Made by a program: the position numbers and the translations under genes. Below are positions 1 through 10,440 of a stretch of DNA of 32,000 nt, piece after piece; position 1 is the first letter of the stretch; each line of letters starts with the position of its first letter. The DNA is from Sinorhizobium meliloti. Lineage in GTDB: Bacteria > Pseudomonadota > Alphaproteobacteria > Rhizobiales > Rhizobiaceae. The stretch covers positions 3,870,001 through 3,902,000 of the forward strand of contig NZ_JAGIOS010000001.1 in assembly GCF_017876815.1 (NCBI RefSeq), read 5' to 3'. The notes beneath the pieces are model-generated. The model did no database searches. It worked only from the letters and a program-made list of their open reading frames with translations, and had not been told where the DNA came from.

Positions 1-865
1 TCGTTTCCGGCGACACTTCGTTGCCGTTGCCGTCGAGAAGGCGGATCGCGTTGCGCGCGAGATAGGTCGGATCCTTGCGCATCAGCGGCATGATGTCCTT
101 CTGGATGATCGAGCGCGGCGCCGTCCAGTAGGGGTTGAGGATGACCTCGTAAATCTTTGAATTGAGGATCGGCGACTGGCGGTCGATCTTGCCGACGATG
201 GCCGTATGGCGCAGCGCGACGCGGCCGTTCTCCACTGCCTCGATATAGGCCGCAGGAATGTTGACCATGACGTAGCGCCGGCCGAGGTCGCCCGACATCG
301 ACTGAAGCCGCACCAGGTTTGTCTCGAGCTGGGCGAGCCGGGTCGAGGCGTCGACGTTCATGGCCTTCAGGGAATACTCGCCGATCACGCCGTCCGCCGG
401 AAGGCCATGGCGCGCCTGGAAGCGCTTGACGGCGCCGTCGACATAGGAGTCGAAGGAAGAGGAAATGCCAGCGGACTGCGGCAGATCGCCGGAGATCATC
501 AGCCGCTGACGCAACTGCTGGACGGAAGGATCGGTAACGCCGATTTCGAGCCTTTGGGTGCTCGCAGGCGTGACCATCGGCCAGCCTCCGGCGGATGCGA
601 TCTGCTGATAATCGAAGATCGCCTGCTGCAGATGTGCGATCGTTTCGGGGCCGAAAACCGGCGTGTTGGAGAGGACCGCCGTAGCCGTACGCGAAGCCTT
701 TGCGTCGAACTGGTCGTCCCAGGAGCCGCGACGCGGCGAATTGATGATTTCGTTCAGCGCATCCTGAGCGCCGGCAGCACCCGCCCATGCGGCGGCACCG
801 AAGGTTGCGGCCGAGCGCAGAAATGCGCGGCGCGAGAAAGCATCAATTCCGTTCTTTTTCGACAT
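1..865 (-). CDS. ldtP: L,D-transpeptidase (YcbB/YkuD type with peptidoglycan-binding domain). N-terminal ~288 codons only; the C-terminus lies beyond the window start
   Basis: Absent from the ORF track because its stop is off-window. My reverse-complement translation from the ATG at 863-865 reads MSKKNGIDAFSRRAFLRSAATFGAAAWAGA (twin-arginine signal SRRAFL). It continues PVFGPETIAHLQQAIFDYQQ, then a PG-binding-like stretch (VKRFQARHGLPADGVIG) and a YkuD-like stretch (MSGDLGRRYVMVNIPAAYIEAVENGRVALRHTAIVGK). It lies downstream of a MarR gene, as in the published ldtR-ldtP pair. The symbol is assigned from synteny. Confidence 0.85.
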   Translation of the reverse strand, partial: MSKKNGIDAFSRRAFLRSAATFGAAAWAGAAGAQDALNEIINSPRRGSWDDQFDAKASRTATAVLSNTPVFGPETIAHLQQAIFDYQQIASAGGWPMVTPASTQRLEIGVTDPSVQQLRQRLMISGDLPQSAGISSSFDSYVDGAVKRFQARHGLPADGVIGEYSLKAMNVDASTRLAQLETNLVRLQSMSGDLGRRYVMVNIPAAYIEAVENGRVALRHTAIVGKIDRQSPILNSKIYEVILNPYWTAPRSIIQKDIMPLMRKDPTYLARNAIRLLDGNGNEVSPET

Positions 866-1220
866 AGTCCCACCGTCTCAATGCGCCAGAAGCGCGCTGC
901 CCGAGCCCTAAAGCGCATAACGCGATGCGCTTTACGTCTTTGCATTCATGCAAGTCGCGTCCCAAAACCGATGTGCGCTTTTGGGCGACATGCATTAGCA
1001 CGGTCATGGTTAACAAAGGTAAACCCCCGTGCCACCCGGCCCTCAAATCGCTTCACGTTCCCGCGAACAGAGCCGCCCCGGCAGGCGAGCCGCGCAACCG
1101 ACCTCCGCCATATGGACGTAATCGCGCACCTACCGCACCCAAGCGTCGCTGTCACAGCAATATGGCCAATTCGTGTCTGCGCGCCGCCGGCGGGGCGCAG
1201 CGCTGCAACTACATGGCGCG

Positions 1221-1262
1221 AAAAGCAGCAAAGGTCGGACACGCAGGGATTGCGCCCGACCC
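1221..1262 (-). terminator. Probable intrinsic terminator of the MarR (ldtR-like) gene
   Basis: On the minus strand the stem GGTCGG (complement of 1256-1261) pairs with CCGACC (complement of 1233-1238). An inner GCGCA/UGCGU helix extends it. It is followed by UUUGCUGCUUUUC (complement of 1221-1232) and starts about 28 nt after the stop at 1290. Confidence 0.55.
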
Positions 1263-1289
1263 TTGAGACTGAAGGTAAACCCGCCCCGA

Positions 1290-1802
1290 TTAGAGGCGAT
1301 AGAGGATTTGATCGTTCCAGAAGCGGTCGAGACGCTGCAGGAGCTTGTTCATCTGGGTGAACTCGTCGCTGCCGATCCCGCCGACCTTCTGGATCGAACC
1401 GATATGGCGCTCATAGAGCTTGGCGACAGTTTCGGCGATCTCCTGCCCCTCTTCCGTAAGGCTGATGCGGACCGAACGGCGGTCGACACGGGAGCGCTGG
1501 TGGTTGATCAGGCCGAGATCGACGAGTTTCTTGACGTTGTAGGAAACGTTCGAGCCCAGATAGTAACCGCGGGAGCGAAGTTCGCCGGCAGTCAGTTCGG
1601 AGTTTCCGATATTGAAGAGCAGGAGCGCCTGGACGGCATTGACGTCGCTGCGGCCCTGACGATCGAACTCGTCCTTGATGACGTCGAGCAGGCGGCGATG
1701 CAGGCGCTCGACGAGGTGGAGGGATTCCATGTAGAGACCACGGATGGTTTCTTCCTGCGGGTCTCTGGGCGCAACAACCTGCGGCTTCATCTTGGTGTTC
1801 AT
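1290..1802 (-). CDS. ldtR: MarR-family transcriptional regulator
   Basis: 170-aa ORF with a winged-helix MarR signature (LTAGELRSRGYYLGSNVSYNVKKLVDLGLINHQRSRVDRRSVRISLTEEG). It is located directly upstream and co-directional with the L,D-transpeptidase gene. The symbol comes from the ldtR/ldtP pair described in Liberibacter and S. meliloti. Confidence 0.9.
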   Translation of the reverse strand: MNTKMKPQVVAPRDPQEETIRGLYMESLHLVERLHRRLLDVIKDEFDRQGRSDVNAVQALLLFNIGNSELTAGELRSRGYYLGSNVSYNVKKLVDLGLINHQRSRVDRRSVRISLTEEGQEIAETVAKLYERHIGSIQKVGGIGSDEFTQMNKLLQRLDRFWNDQILYRL

Positions 1803-1932
1803 TTTCGTGCCTCACTGTTTCGTTTGGCGGTGTCTCTTTGTCTTCCCGCCTTGAGTGAGACCCTATCGAATACGTATAAAATTCTACTTAAACCGCAGCC
1901 TTAACATGAACTTACCGCGGACCGAGCCTGTC

Positions 1933-2370
1933 TCAGGGTGAATCAACCCTTACCTTCCGCACCTGGCGCAGTCGCTGATAGAGCAGCGCGGCCCGGAAAA
2001 GCACGAAGGTGACGGCGACGGATCCGTGGAGCACGATCAGCAACGGACGGTGGCCGAGGATGCCGGGATAGAACTTGTCCATCGCGATCTCCGTCGCGGC
2101 GGCAACCACCCAGACGACCGGCCCCCAGGAGACCAGAAGCCAGAGCCCGATGGCAGCGACCGGATAGACGACTGCCAGGGCCGTGGCGGCCGCGCGCCAC
2201 TCCGGCGACAGAAGATCGAAACGGCCGGCGCCGTTATGGGAAAAGCCGATCAGCATGGCCCAATAGCTCAATGCGAACCAGAAGCAGGACGCGCCGACCA
2301 GGCGCAGGAACCAGGCGAAGAGCACCTCGGTCAGCGACGGTTTCGGCACATGAACAGAATCATGAAGCAT
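1933..2370 (-). CDS. Small integral membrane protein of unknown function (about 4 TM helices; I tentatively recall DUF6163 for the hemB neighbour in rhizobia)
   Basis: The track ORF is 1933..2505. I prefer the internal ATG at 2368-2370 (MLHDSVHVPKPSLTEVLFAWFLRLVGASCFWFAL). The upstream 45 codons are Arg/Pro/Ala-rich and look non-coding. Hydrophobic segments are evident. Confidence 0.7.
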   Translation of the reverse strand: MLHDSVHVPKPSLTEVLFAWFLRLVGASCFWFALSYWAMLIGFSHNGAGRFDLLSPEWRAAATALAVVYPVAAIGLWLLVSWGPVVWVVAAATEIAMDKFYPGILGHRPLLIVLHGSVAVTFVLFRAALLYQRLRQVRKVRVDSP

Positions 2371-2550
2371 GGCCGGCAAGATAGGCCGAGCGCCGGCGAA
2401 CCACCAGCGCGAAGGACGGGAATGCGCCGCGATGCACTCGACGGGCGGAAGAAATGCCGCAGGCGGGTGGCGGGCAATGCGGGTTTTCAACCCCTGAAGG
2501 CGCATGATAAACCGCCTTCACGCACGATCAGGAAAGAGGGACGCGGCGCG

Positions 2551-3564
2551 ATGAACGACAGGACAAATCTTGTGGACAGGATCACCGGACACCGCCGCAT
2601 GCGCCGCAATCGCAAGGCGGATTGGACGCGCCGGCTGGTCCGGGAGAACCGCCTGACGGTGGACGACCTGATCTGGCCGATCTTCGTCGTGCCCGGCAGC
2701 GGCATCGTCGAGCCGATCGATGCGATGCCGGGCGTCAACCGCATGAGCGTCGACAAGGCGGTCGAGGCCGCGAAGGAGGCGGCCGGCCTCGGCATCCCGG
2801 CCATCGCCACCTTCCCCAATATCGACATGGCGCTTCGCGACGAGACCGGATCCGACAGCCTCAACGCCGACAATCTGATCAATCAGGCGACGCGGGCGAT
2901 CAAGAAGGCCGTACCCGACATCGGGATCATCACCGATGTCGCGCTCGACCCGTTCACCAGCCACGGGCACGACGGCATCCTGCGGGGCGGCGAGATCGTC
3001 AACGACGAGACGGTGGAGGCGATCGCCAGGGCGGCGGTCATTCAGGCCGACGCCGGCTCCGACATCATCGCGCCCTCCGACATGATGGACGGGCGGATCG
3101 GCGCGATCCGCGAGGCGCTCGACGCGGCCGGCCACCAGAATGTCGGCATCATGTCCTATGCGACGAAATTCGCCTCCGCCTTCTATGGCCCTTATCGAGA
3201 GGCGATCGGCACCGGCGGCCTGCTCAAGGGCGACAAGAAGACCTATTACATCGATCCGTCGAACGGTACGGAGGCGATCCGCGATGCGGCACTCGATGTG
3301 GAGGAAGGCGCGGACATGCTGATGGTGAAGCCCGGCCTGCCCTATCTCGATATCTGCTGGCGGATGAAGGAAGCCTTCGGCCTGCCGGTCTTCGCGTATC
3401 AGGTTTCCGGCGAATACGCGCAGATCAAGGCAGCCGCCGCCAATGGCTGGATCGATGGCGAGCGGGTGATGCTGGAGACGCTGCTCGCCTTCAAGCGGGC
3501 GGGTTGCGACGGGATCCTCAGCTACTTTGCCGTCGACGTGGCTCGAATTCTCGCGAAACGCTGA
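2551..3564 (+). CDS. hemB: Porphobilinogen synthase (delta-aminolevulinate dehydratase), Asp-rich (Mg-type) metal site
   Basis: 337 aa starting MNDRTNLVDRITGHRRMRRNRKADWTRRLVRENRLTVDDLIWPIFV, with an AGAGGG RBS 8-13 nt upstream. It carries the active-site motif DVALDPFTSHGHDG in place of the Cys-rich Zn motif, plus the conserved MVKPG and SGEY regions. The track ORF start at 2026 is an artefactual extension overlapping the divergent gene. Confidence 0.95.
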   Translation: MNDRTNLVDRITGHRRMRRNRKADWTRRLVRENRLTVDDLIWPIFVVPGSGIVEPIDAMPGVNRMSVDKAVEAAKEAAGLGIPAIATFPNIDMALRDETGSDSLNADNLINQATRAIKKAVPDIGIITDVALDPFTSHGHDGILRGGEIVNDETVEAIARAAVIQADAGSDIIAPSDMMDGRIGAIREALDAAGHQNVGIMSYATKFASAFYGPYREAIGTGGLLKGDKKTYYIDPSNGTEAIRDAALDVEEGADMLMVKPGLPYLDICWRMKEAFGLPVFAYQVSGEYAQIKAAAANGWIDGERVMLETLLAFKRAGCDGILSYFAVDVARILAKR

Positions 3565-3646
3565 CGCCGGTGGCAGAACGGCCAGTGCATAGTTTTACCG
3601 CATTCGCTCCCCATATCTTGGGTGGATAGCAATTTGAGGCACGCGC

Positions 3647-4111
3647 ATGAGCATGCATAATGAAGAACTGAGGCTTCCGAGCGAGGACTGGCGCGCCTAT
3701 CAGGGCGTACTGTCACGCAGGATATTCGCCTTCATCATCGATTACCTGATCGTCGCGCTGCTGTGGATACCGGCGGCCGTCGTGGTCTTCTTCCTCGGCA
3801 TCCTGACGCTCGGCCTCGGCTTTCTCCTCTACCCGGTCCTCTTCGCTTTGGTGGCGATGCTCTATTTCGGACTGACGGTCGGCGGCCGCGAGCAGGCGTC
3901 ACCCGGCATGAGGATCATGGGCGTTGCGATCGCCCGGACGGATGGTCGGCCAATGGATTTCCTGACGGCAATCGTCCATCTGGCGATATTCTGGATCGCC
4001 AATGCGCTGTTGACGCCGCTCATCCTGCTGATCGGCCTCTTCACCGACCGCGGCCGTCTGCTGCACGACCTGCTGATCGGCACCGTGGCCGTTCGGCGCG
4101 ACATGTACTGA
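3647..4111 (+). CDS. RDD-family membrane protein
   Basis: 154 aa. The N-terminal RRIFAFIIDYLIVALLW is typical of RDD domains, there are 3 hydrophobic helices, and GAGG lies 8 nt upstream of the ATG. Confidence 0.8.
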   Translation: MSMHNEELRLPSEDWRAYQGVLSRRIFAFIIDYLIVALLWIPAAVVVFFLGILTLGLGFLLYPVLFALVAMLYFGLTVGGREQASPGMRIMGVAIARTDGRPMDFLTAIVHLAIFWIANALLTPLILLIGLFTDRGRLLHDLLIGTVAVRRDMY

Positions 4112-4206
4112 CGGGACCGTTACGCCGAACGAGTGTGTTGACGTTTTCCATTCTTCGGCCATGCTATTACGATGAGCAACCGCACGAAGAGTGATCCCCC
4201 CGCTCG

Positions 4207-4986
4207 ATGAACACGCAGACCGCACCGTCTCCTCAGTTCTACCTGACCGCACCGGCAGCCTGTCCCTATCTGCCGAACCAGATGGAACGGAAGGTATTCA
4301 CCCATATGGTGGGAGAGCGGGCGCCGGAGCTCAACGACCTGCTGACGCAGGGCGGCTTCCGCCGCTCGCAGAACATCGCCTACCGCCCCGCCTGCGAGAC
4401 CTGCCGGGCTTGCATTTCCGTGCGCATACTCACCAACGAATTCGCACCCACGCGATCCATGCGCCGCGTGCTTGCGGCCAATGGCGAGATCGTCTCCGCG
4501 GAATATCCGGCCGAGCCATCGAGCGAGCAGTACAATCTCTTCCGGCGCTATCTCGACTGTCGCCATCAGAAAGGCGGCATGTCCGACATGTCGGTGCTCG
4601 ACTATGCGATGATGGTCGAGGATACCCATGTACACACGAAGATCATCGAGTACCGGTTGCGGGTAGAAGGCGACGGCATCAACGACAAGGCGCGAGGCCC
4701 CCTGATCGCCACGGCCCTGACGGACCGGATGAGCGACGGCCTCTCCATGGTCTATTCCTTCTTCGATCCGGCTCTCTCCGAGCGATCCCTCGGCACCTAC
4801 ATGATTCTGGATCATATCCGCCGGGCAAAGGAACGCGGTCTGCCGCATGTCTATCTCGGCTATTGGGTCAAGGGATCGCGCAAAATGGGGTATAAGACAA
4901 AGTTTTTGCCGCAAGAGCACCTTATGGCCCGCGGCTGGGAGCGCTATTCTGGCGAGCACGATTCCACCAAACCCGCCACGGATTGA
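4207..4986 (+). CDS. bpt: Arginyl-tRNA-protein transferase family enzyme (bacterial Bpt, aspartate/glutamate leucyltransferase, N-end rule)
   Basis: 259 aa with the characteristic [28 protein letters not shown] and YLGYWV motifs. Confidence 0.9.
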   Translation: MNTQTAPSPQFYLTAPAACPYLPNQMERKVFTHMVGERAPELNDLLTQGGFRRSQNIAYRPACETCRACISVRILTNEFAPTRSMRRVLAANGEIVSAEYPAEPSSEQYNLFRRYLDCRHQKGGMSDMSVLDYAMMVEDTHVHTKIIEYRLRVEGDGINDKARGPLIATALTDRMSDGLSMVYSFFDPALSERSLGTYMILDHIRRAKERGLPHVYLGYWVKGSRKMGYKTKFLPQEHLMARGWERYSGEHDSTKPATD

Positions 4987-4989
4987 AAA

Positions 4990-5895
4990 TTGACCCCATC
5001 CACTGACGCCGCCCGGCACCGGCGCGGCCTTGCCATCACCGGCCTCGGCGGCCTTGCGCTCTCCTTCGACATTCCGCTGATCCGGTCGGCAGATGGCGAG
5101 GTCTGGTCGATCCTTGCCGTGCGCAGCCTCTCGACCTTCCTTGCCGCACTCGCCACATGGGTGGTGATCAACCGCCTGCTCGGCCGCCGCGTCGCCCTGA
5201 TCCCGGGAAAGGCCGGCCTGATCGCCGGGATCTTTTACGGCATCAACTCCTTCACTTTCCTGCTCGCCGTCTTCAATACGTCGACCGCGAACGTGGTCTT
5301 CATCCTGGCGTTCACTTCGATGTTCGCAGCGATCCTCTCCTGGATATTCCTTGGGGAGCGCCCCTCCAACGCCACCTTCCTGACGATGGCGGTCATGCTC
5401 GTCGGCGTCGGTGTGATCGTCAGCGACGGGCTCGAAAGCGGGCATGTCTTCGGCGACGCGATGGCGGCATCCTCGGCCTTCCTGCTCGCAAGCGCGATCA
5501 CGATCAGCCGCGCCAGCGGCCGCGACATGTCGCTCGTGCCGCTGACGACGGCGATCTTCCCGGCGATCGCCGCCTTCATGCTTTTGCCGTCCGGCGGCCT
5601 CACGATCGCCGAACCCGCCTACATCCTCTTCAACGGACTGGTGATGATCCCGCTTGCCTTCTTCTGTCTGGCGACGGGGCCGCGCTACCTTTCCGCTCCG
5701 GAAGTCGGCATGTTCTACCTGCTGGAGACCATTCTGGCGCCGATCTGGGTATGGATCGTCTTTGCCGAAACGCCGACGAGCCGAACGCTCCTCGGCGGCA
5801 CGATCCTCATTCTCGCTTTGCTCGGCCATTCGTTTTGGCAGATGCGGGTGAAGGCGGCGCGGGCGCGCATCGCCTGCGTGGAAGTTGCGGGATAA
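4990..5895 (+). CDS. DMT-superfamily (EamA-like) transporter
   Basis: 301 aa with about 10 hydrophobic helices and two EamA-like halves. The only plausible start is the TTG at 4990, 3 nt after the bpt stop. This suggests translational coupling, and the start codon is uncertain. Confidence 0.8.
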   Translation: MTPSTDAARHRRGLAITGLGGLALSFDIPLIRSADGEVWSILAVRSLSTFLAALATWVVINRLLGRRVALIPGKAGLIAGIFYGINSFTFLLAVFNTSTANVVFILAFTSMFAAILSWIFLGERPSNATFLTMAVMLVGVGVIVSDGLESGHVFGDAMAASSAFLLASAITISRASGRDMSLVPLTTAIFPAIAAFMLLPSGGLTIAEPAYILFNGLVMIPLAFFCLATGPRYLSAPEVGMFYLLETILAPIWVWIVFAETPTSRTLLGGTILILALLGHSFWQMRVKAARARIACVEVAG

Positions 5896-5899
5896 GATT

Positions 5900-5947
5900 G
5901 CCCCTCATCCGCCTGCCGGCACCTTCTCCCCGCAAGCGGGGAGAAGG
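5900..5947. repeat. REP/RIME-like palindromic intergenic repeat unit (family 1)
   Basis: Sequence GCCCCTCATCCGCCTGCCGGCACCTTCTCCCCGCAAGCGGGGAGAAGG. It contains an 11-12 bp hairpin, CCTTCTCCCCGC/GCGGGGAGAAGG. The first 42 nt recur exactly as the reverse complement at 12680-12721. Confidence 0.9.
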
Positions 5948-6011
5948 CACAAGCGGCACTCTCGAACACTTGTTTCACCCCGGTGAAGGGATGCGGAGCA
6001 CCGCCACGAGT

Positions 6012-6063
6012 CCCCTTCGCCCCGCTTGCGGGGAGAAGGTGGCCGGCAGGCCGGATGAGGGGC
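6012..6063. repeat. REP/RIME-like repeat unit (family 1, inverted orientation)
   Basis: CCCCTTCGCCCCGCTTGCGGGGAGAAGGTGGCCGGCAGGCCGGATGAGGGGC is an imperfect reverse complement of the unit at 5900-5947. Together they flank a ~64-nt spacer. Confidence 0.85.
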
Positions 6064-6116
6064 ACTTTGCACCGCGCGAGGATGCGAGCGACGACTCCAC
6101 GTCGCTGTTCGGGCCA

Positions 6117-6455
6117 CTATCGCTGTTCGGGCGTCCCGTCATCCCTGGAGGATTCCTGCATCTGCGACTGCATCGCCCAGAGCTCGCGATTGGTGTCGAT
6201 CCACTCGGCGGCAATCTCGAGCGGCGCGGGATCGGCCTTGACGAGTTCCTTCCCGGCGTTCCACCGCCGGGCAACCAGCCCCGCTGTCTCCAGGACGACC
6301 AGATGCCCCGCAAGGACGTCCTGCCCGATGCCGATGGCCGCAGCGATACCCGCCGCGGGCGTTTCGCCGGCAAACAGGACTTCGAATATGCGGCGGCGCA
6401 TCGGATCGGCCAGCGCCAGCAACGTATCGTCAAGAGCCGAGGTCATCGCGTTCAT
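6117..6455 (-). CDS. ArsR/SmtB-family helix-turn-helix transcriptional regulator
   Basis: 112 aa. LLALADPMRRRIFEVL followed by an HTH segment (AAGIAAAIGIGQDVLAGHLVVLETAGLV) is typical of ArsR. No Cys metal-sensing site is visible. An alternative start exists at 6446. Confidence 0.8.
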   Translation of the reverse strand: MNAMTSALDDTLLALADPMRRRIFEVLFAGETPAAGIAAAIGIGQDVLAGHLVVLETAGLVARRWNAGKELVKADPAPLEIAAEWIDTNRELWAMQSQMQESSRDDGTPEQR

Positions 6456-6613
6456 CTCGCCGCCGCATGGTCGCTCGAATCGGAGCCGATCTAAGGAACA
6501 TGCAGGAGATCAAGGAATTACAGCGACTTTCAGGATAGCGAGGACACCGGCCCGCGCTATCCACCAACATTGATCCACGAACGCTCCGCGCTTGCAAGCC
6601 CGGTGTTACCGAT

Positions 6614-8899
<2,286 letters not shown>

Positions 8900-9073
8900 C
8901 TACCTCAACAGGCGCGGAACGGCAAGAATTCCGGGTTATGCCACTGTGGAGAACGTCACCGGCGGGGGATCCCTGCCCCGCCCCCGCGCGAGTTTGCACT
9001 TGGCGGCAGAACTGCGCTTGCGTATCGTCCGGGCATGATCGACGCAATCAGAACGATTTCACAAGGAACTCCG

Positions 9074-10264
9074 ATGATACATACGCGCAAAGTCCGCCTG
9101 ATGCTGGCCAGCGCCGCCCTCCTTACCCTCGCCGGACCGGCCATGGCTCTGGACGGCGCGGACATGATGCAAAAGCTCAATGCAGCGACGTCGCCCAACG
9201 GCACTTCGGTGACCTACGACAAGGCGGAGGCCGACGGCGACGTGGTGACGGTCACCGGCATGAAGCTGCAGGTGGTGGCGAAGCCCGGCACGTCCATCGA
9301 CATAGGCGAAGTGACGTTCGAAGGCGTCGAGGAAAAAGGCGGCGGCTACTATGCCGAGACCGTCTCCTTCCCGGATATCGCTGTCAGCGACAAGGATGCA
9401 AGCTTCTCGGTCAAGGACATCTCGATCGGCGGCCTGTCCATTCCGGGCAATGCGAGCGGTACCACGATCGATGACATCCTGCTTTATGAAACGGCCGGCA
9501 CCGGCCCCATGACCGTAAACGTCAAAGGCAAGGACGTCTTCACCGCCGAGAGTACGGAAACCAATCTTACGCGGCAGGAAAACGATGCGGGCTTCGACTT
9601 CGACGCGACGCTTGCCGGAATCAAGGCGGATCTGTCGCAGATCGAGGATGCCAAGGCAAAGGAGGCGGTCGAGAAGCTTGGGCTGACGACGCTCGACGGC
9701 GGAGTCACGATGAAGGGCAGCTGGGAATTGCAAACCGGCAACCTTGCTCTCGACGAATACGCGCTGGACTTCAAGAATGTCGGCCGACTGAATATCGCGA
9801 TGGACTTATCCGGCTATACGCTGCAATTCATGAAGTCGTTGCAGGAGGCAGCCAAAGCGGCTGAGGCAAACCCGAACAGGAAGGAAGCCGACCAGGCGAT
9901 GGCGCTGGCGATGCTCGGCCTCATGCAGCAGCTTACCTTCAACAGCGCCTCGATCCGCTTCGACGATGCATCGATCACGAAAAAGGCGCTCGACTACGCC
10001 GGCAGCCAGCAGGGCGTCACCGGCGAACAGCTGGCGCAATCGCTGAAGGGGCTCGTGCCGATCATGATGGCGCAGCTCAATCTCCCGGAACTGCAGAACC
10101 AGGTCTCCAGCGCCGTCAACGCCTTTCTCGACAATCCGAAGAGCCTGACGATCAGCGCTGAGCCGGAAAAACCCGTGCCGTTCCCGATGATCATGGGTGC
10201 TGCGATGGGGGCTCCCAACACCGTCCCGTCCGTGCTGGGCGTCAAGGTGACGGCGAACGACTGA
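9074..10264 (+). CDS. Exported protein of unknown function
   Basis: It is in frame with the artefactual 999-aa track ORF. The start is chosen at ATG 9074, with AAGGA 6 nt upstream, giving MIHTRKVRLMLASAALLTLAGPAMA-LDG, a classic Sec signal peptide. An alternative ATG is at 9035. The gene is followed by a strong terminator. I recognise no family. Confidence 0.75.
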   Translation: MIHTRKVRLMLASAALLTLAGPAMALDGADMMQKLNAATSPNGTSVTYDKAEADGDVVTVTGMKLQVVAKPGTSIDIGEVTFEGVEEKGGGYYAETVSFPDIAVSDKDASFSVKDISIGGLSIPGNASGTTIDDILLYETAGTGPMTVNVKGKDVFTAESTETNLTRQENDAGFDFDATLAGIKADLSQIEDAKAKEAVEKLGLTTLDGGVTMKGSWELQTGNLALDEYALDFKNVGRLNIAMDLSGYTLQFMKSLQEAAKAAEANPNRKEADQAMALAMLGLMQQLTFNSASIRFDDASITKKALDYAGSQQGVTGEQLAQSLKGLVPIMMAQLNLPELQNQVSSAVNAFLDNPKSLTISAEPEKPVPFPMIMGAAMGAPNTVPSVLGVKVTAND

Positions 10265-10293
10265 TTGCGCTTATGGCGCGGCCCCATGCGGAA

Positions 10294-10326
10294 CCCCCGG
10301 CGGCCTTGTCGCCGGGGTTTTTTTTC
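10294..10326 (+). terminator. Rho-independent terminator
   Basis: The stem is CCCCGGCG (10295-10302) paired with CGCCGGGG (10310-10317), with a 7-nt loop. It is followed by T9 (10318-10326), 30 nt after the stop codon. Confidence 0.9.
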
Positions 10327-10355
10327 ATCCGCCCGATCGATGATATGATGCGATG

Positions 10356-10383
10356 CTTGATGCTCGCACGCGATCGCCTATCT
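10356..10383 (+). promoter_or_regulatory. Candidate sigma-70 type promoter for the small ORF (and possibly groEL)
   Basis: CTTGAT (10356-10361), a 16-nt spacer, then CTATCT (10378-10383). This compares with the S. meliloti consensus as I recall it, CTTGAC-N17-CTATAT. It lies about 58 nt upstream of ATG 10441. Confidence 0.35.
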
Positions 10384-10440
10384 ATTTTTGCGTGCCGACA
10401 GTTTGCGCATTCCCGACCGACCAAGCGGAAGGAGGACGCC

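Noticed and set aside
206-1360. 384-aa plus-strand ORF at the window start
   Set aside because: It is antisense to the well-supported L,D-transpeptidase gene and runs across the structured spacer. Its composition is Arg/Gly/Ala-rich with no recognisable domain.
4120-5829. 569-aa minus-strand ORF
   Set aside because: It is antisense to bpt and the DMT transporter. It is extremely Arg/Glu/Asp/Gly/His-rich and low in complexity.
5905-6117. Short ORFs inside the repeat clusters (also 12447..12716 and 12608..12889), encoding peptides such as PAGTFSPQAGRR and PSPRKRGEG
   Set aside because: They are produced by translating the palindromic repeat units in either orientation. They have no RBS or start context and are not genes.
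10273-10440. N-terminal extension of the small ORF (128-aa version)
   Set aside because: The extension would begin inside the upstream gene's terminator T-tract region and lacks an RBS. The internal ATG at 10441 has a near-perfect SD.
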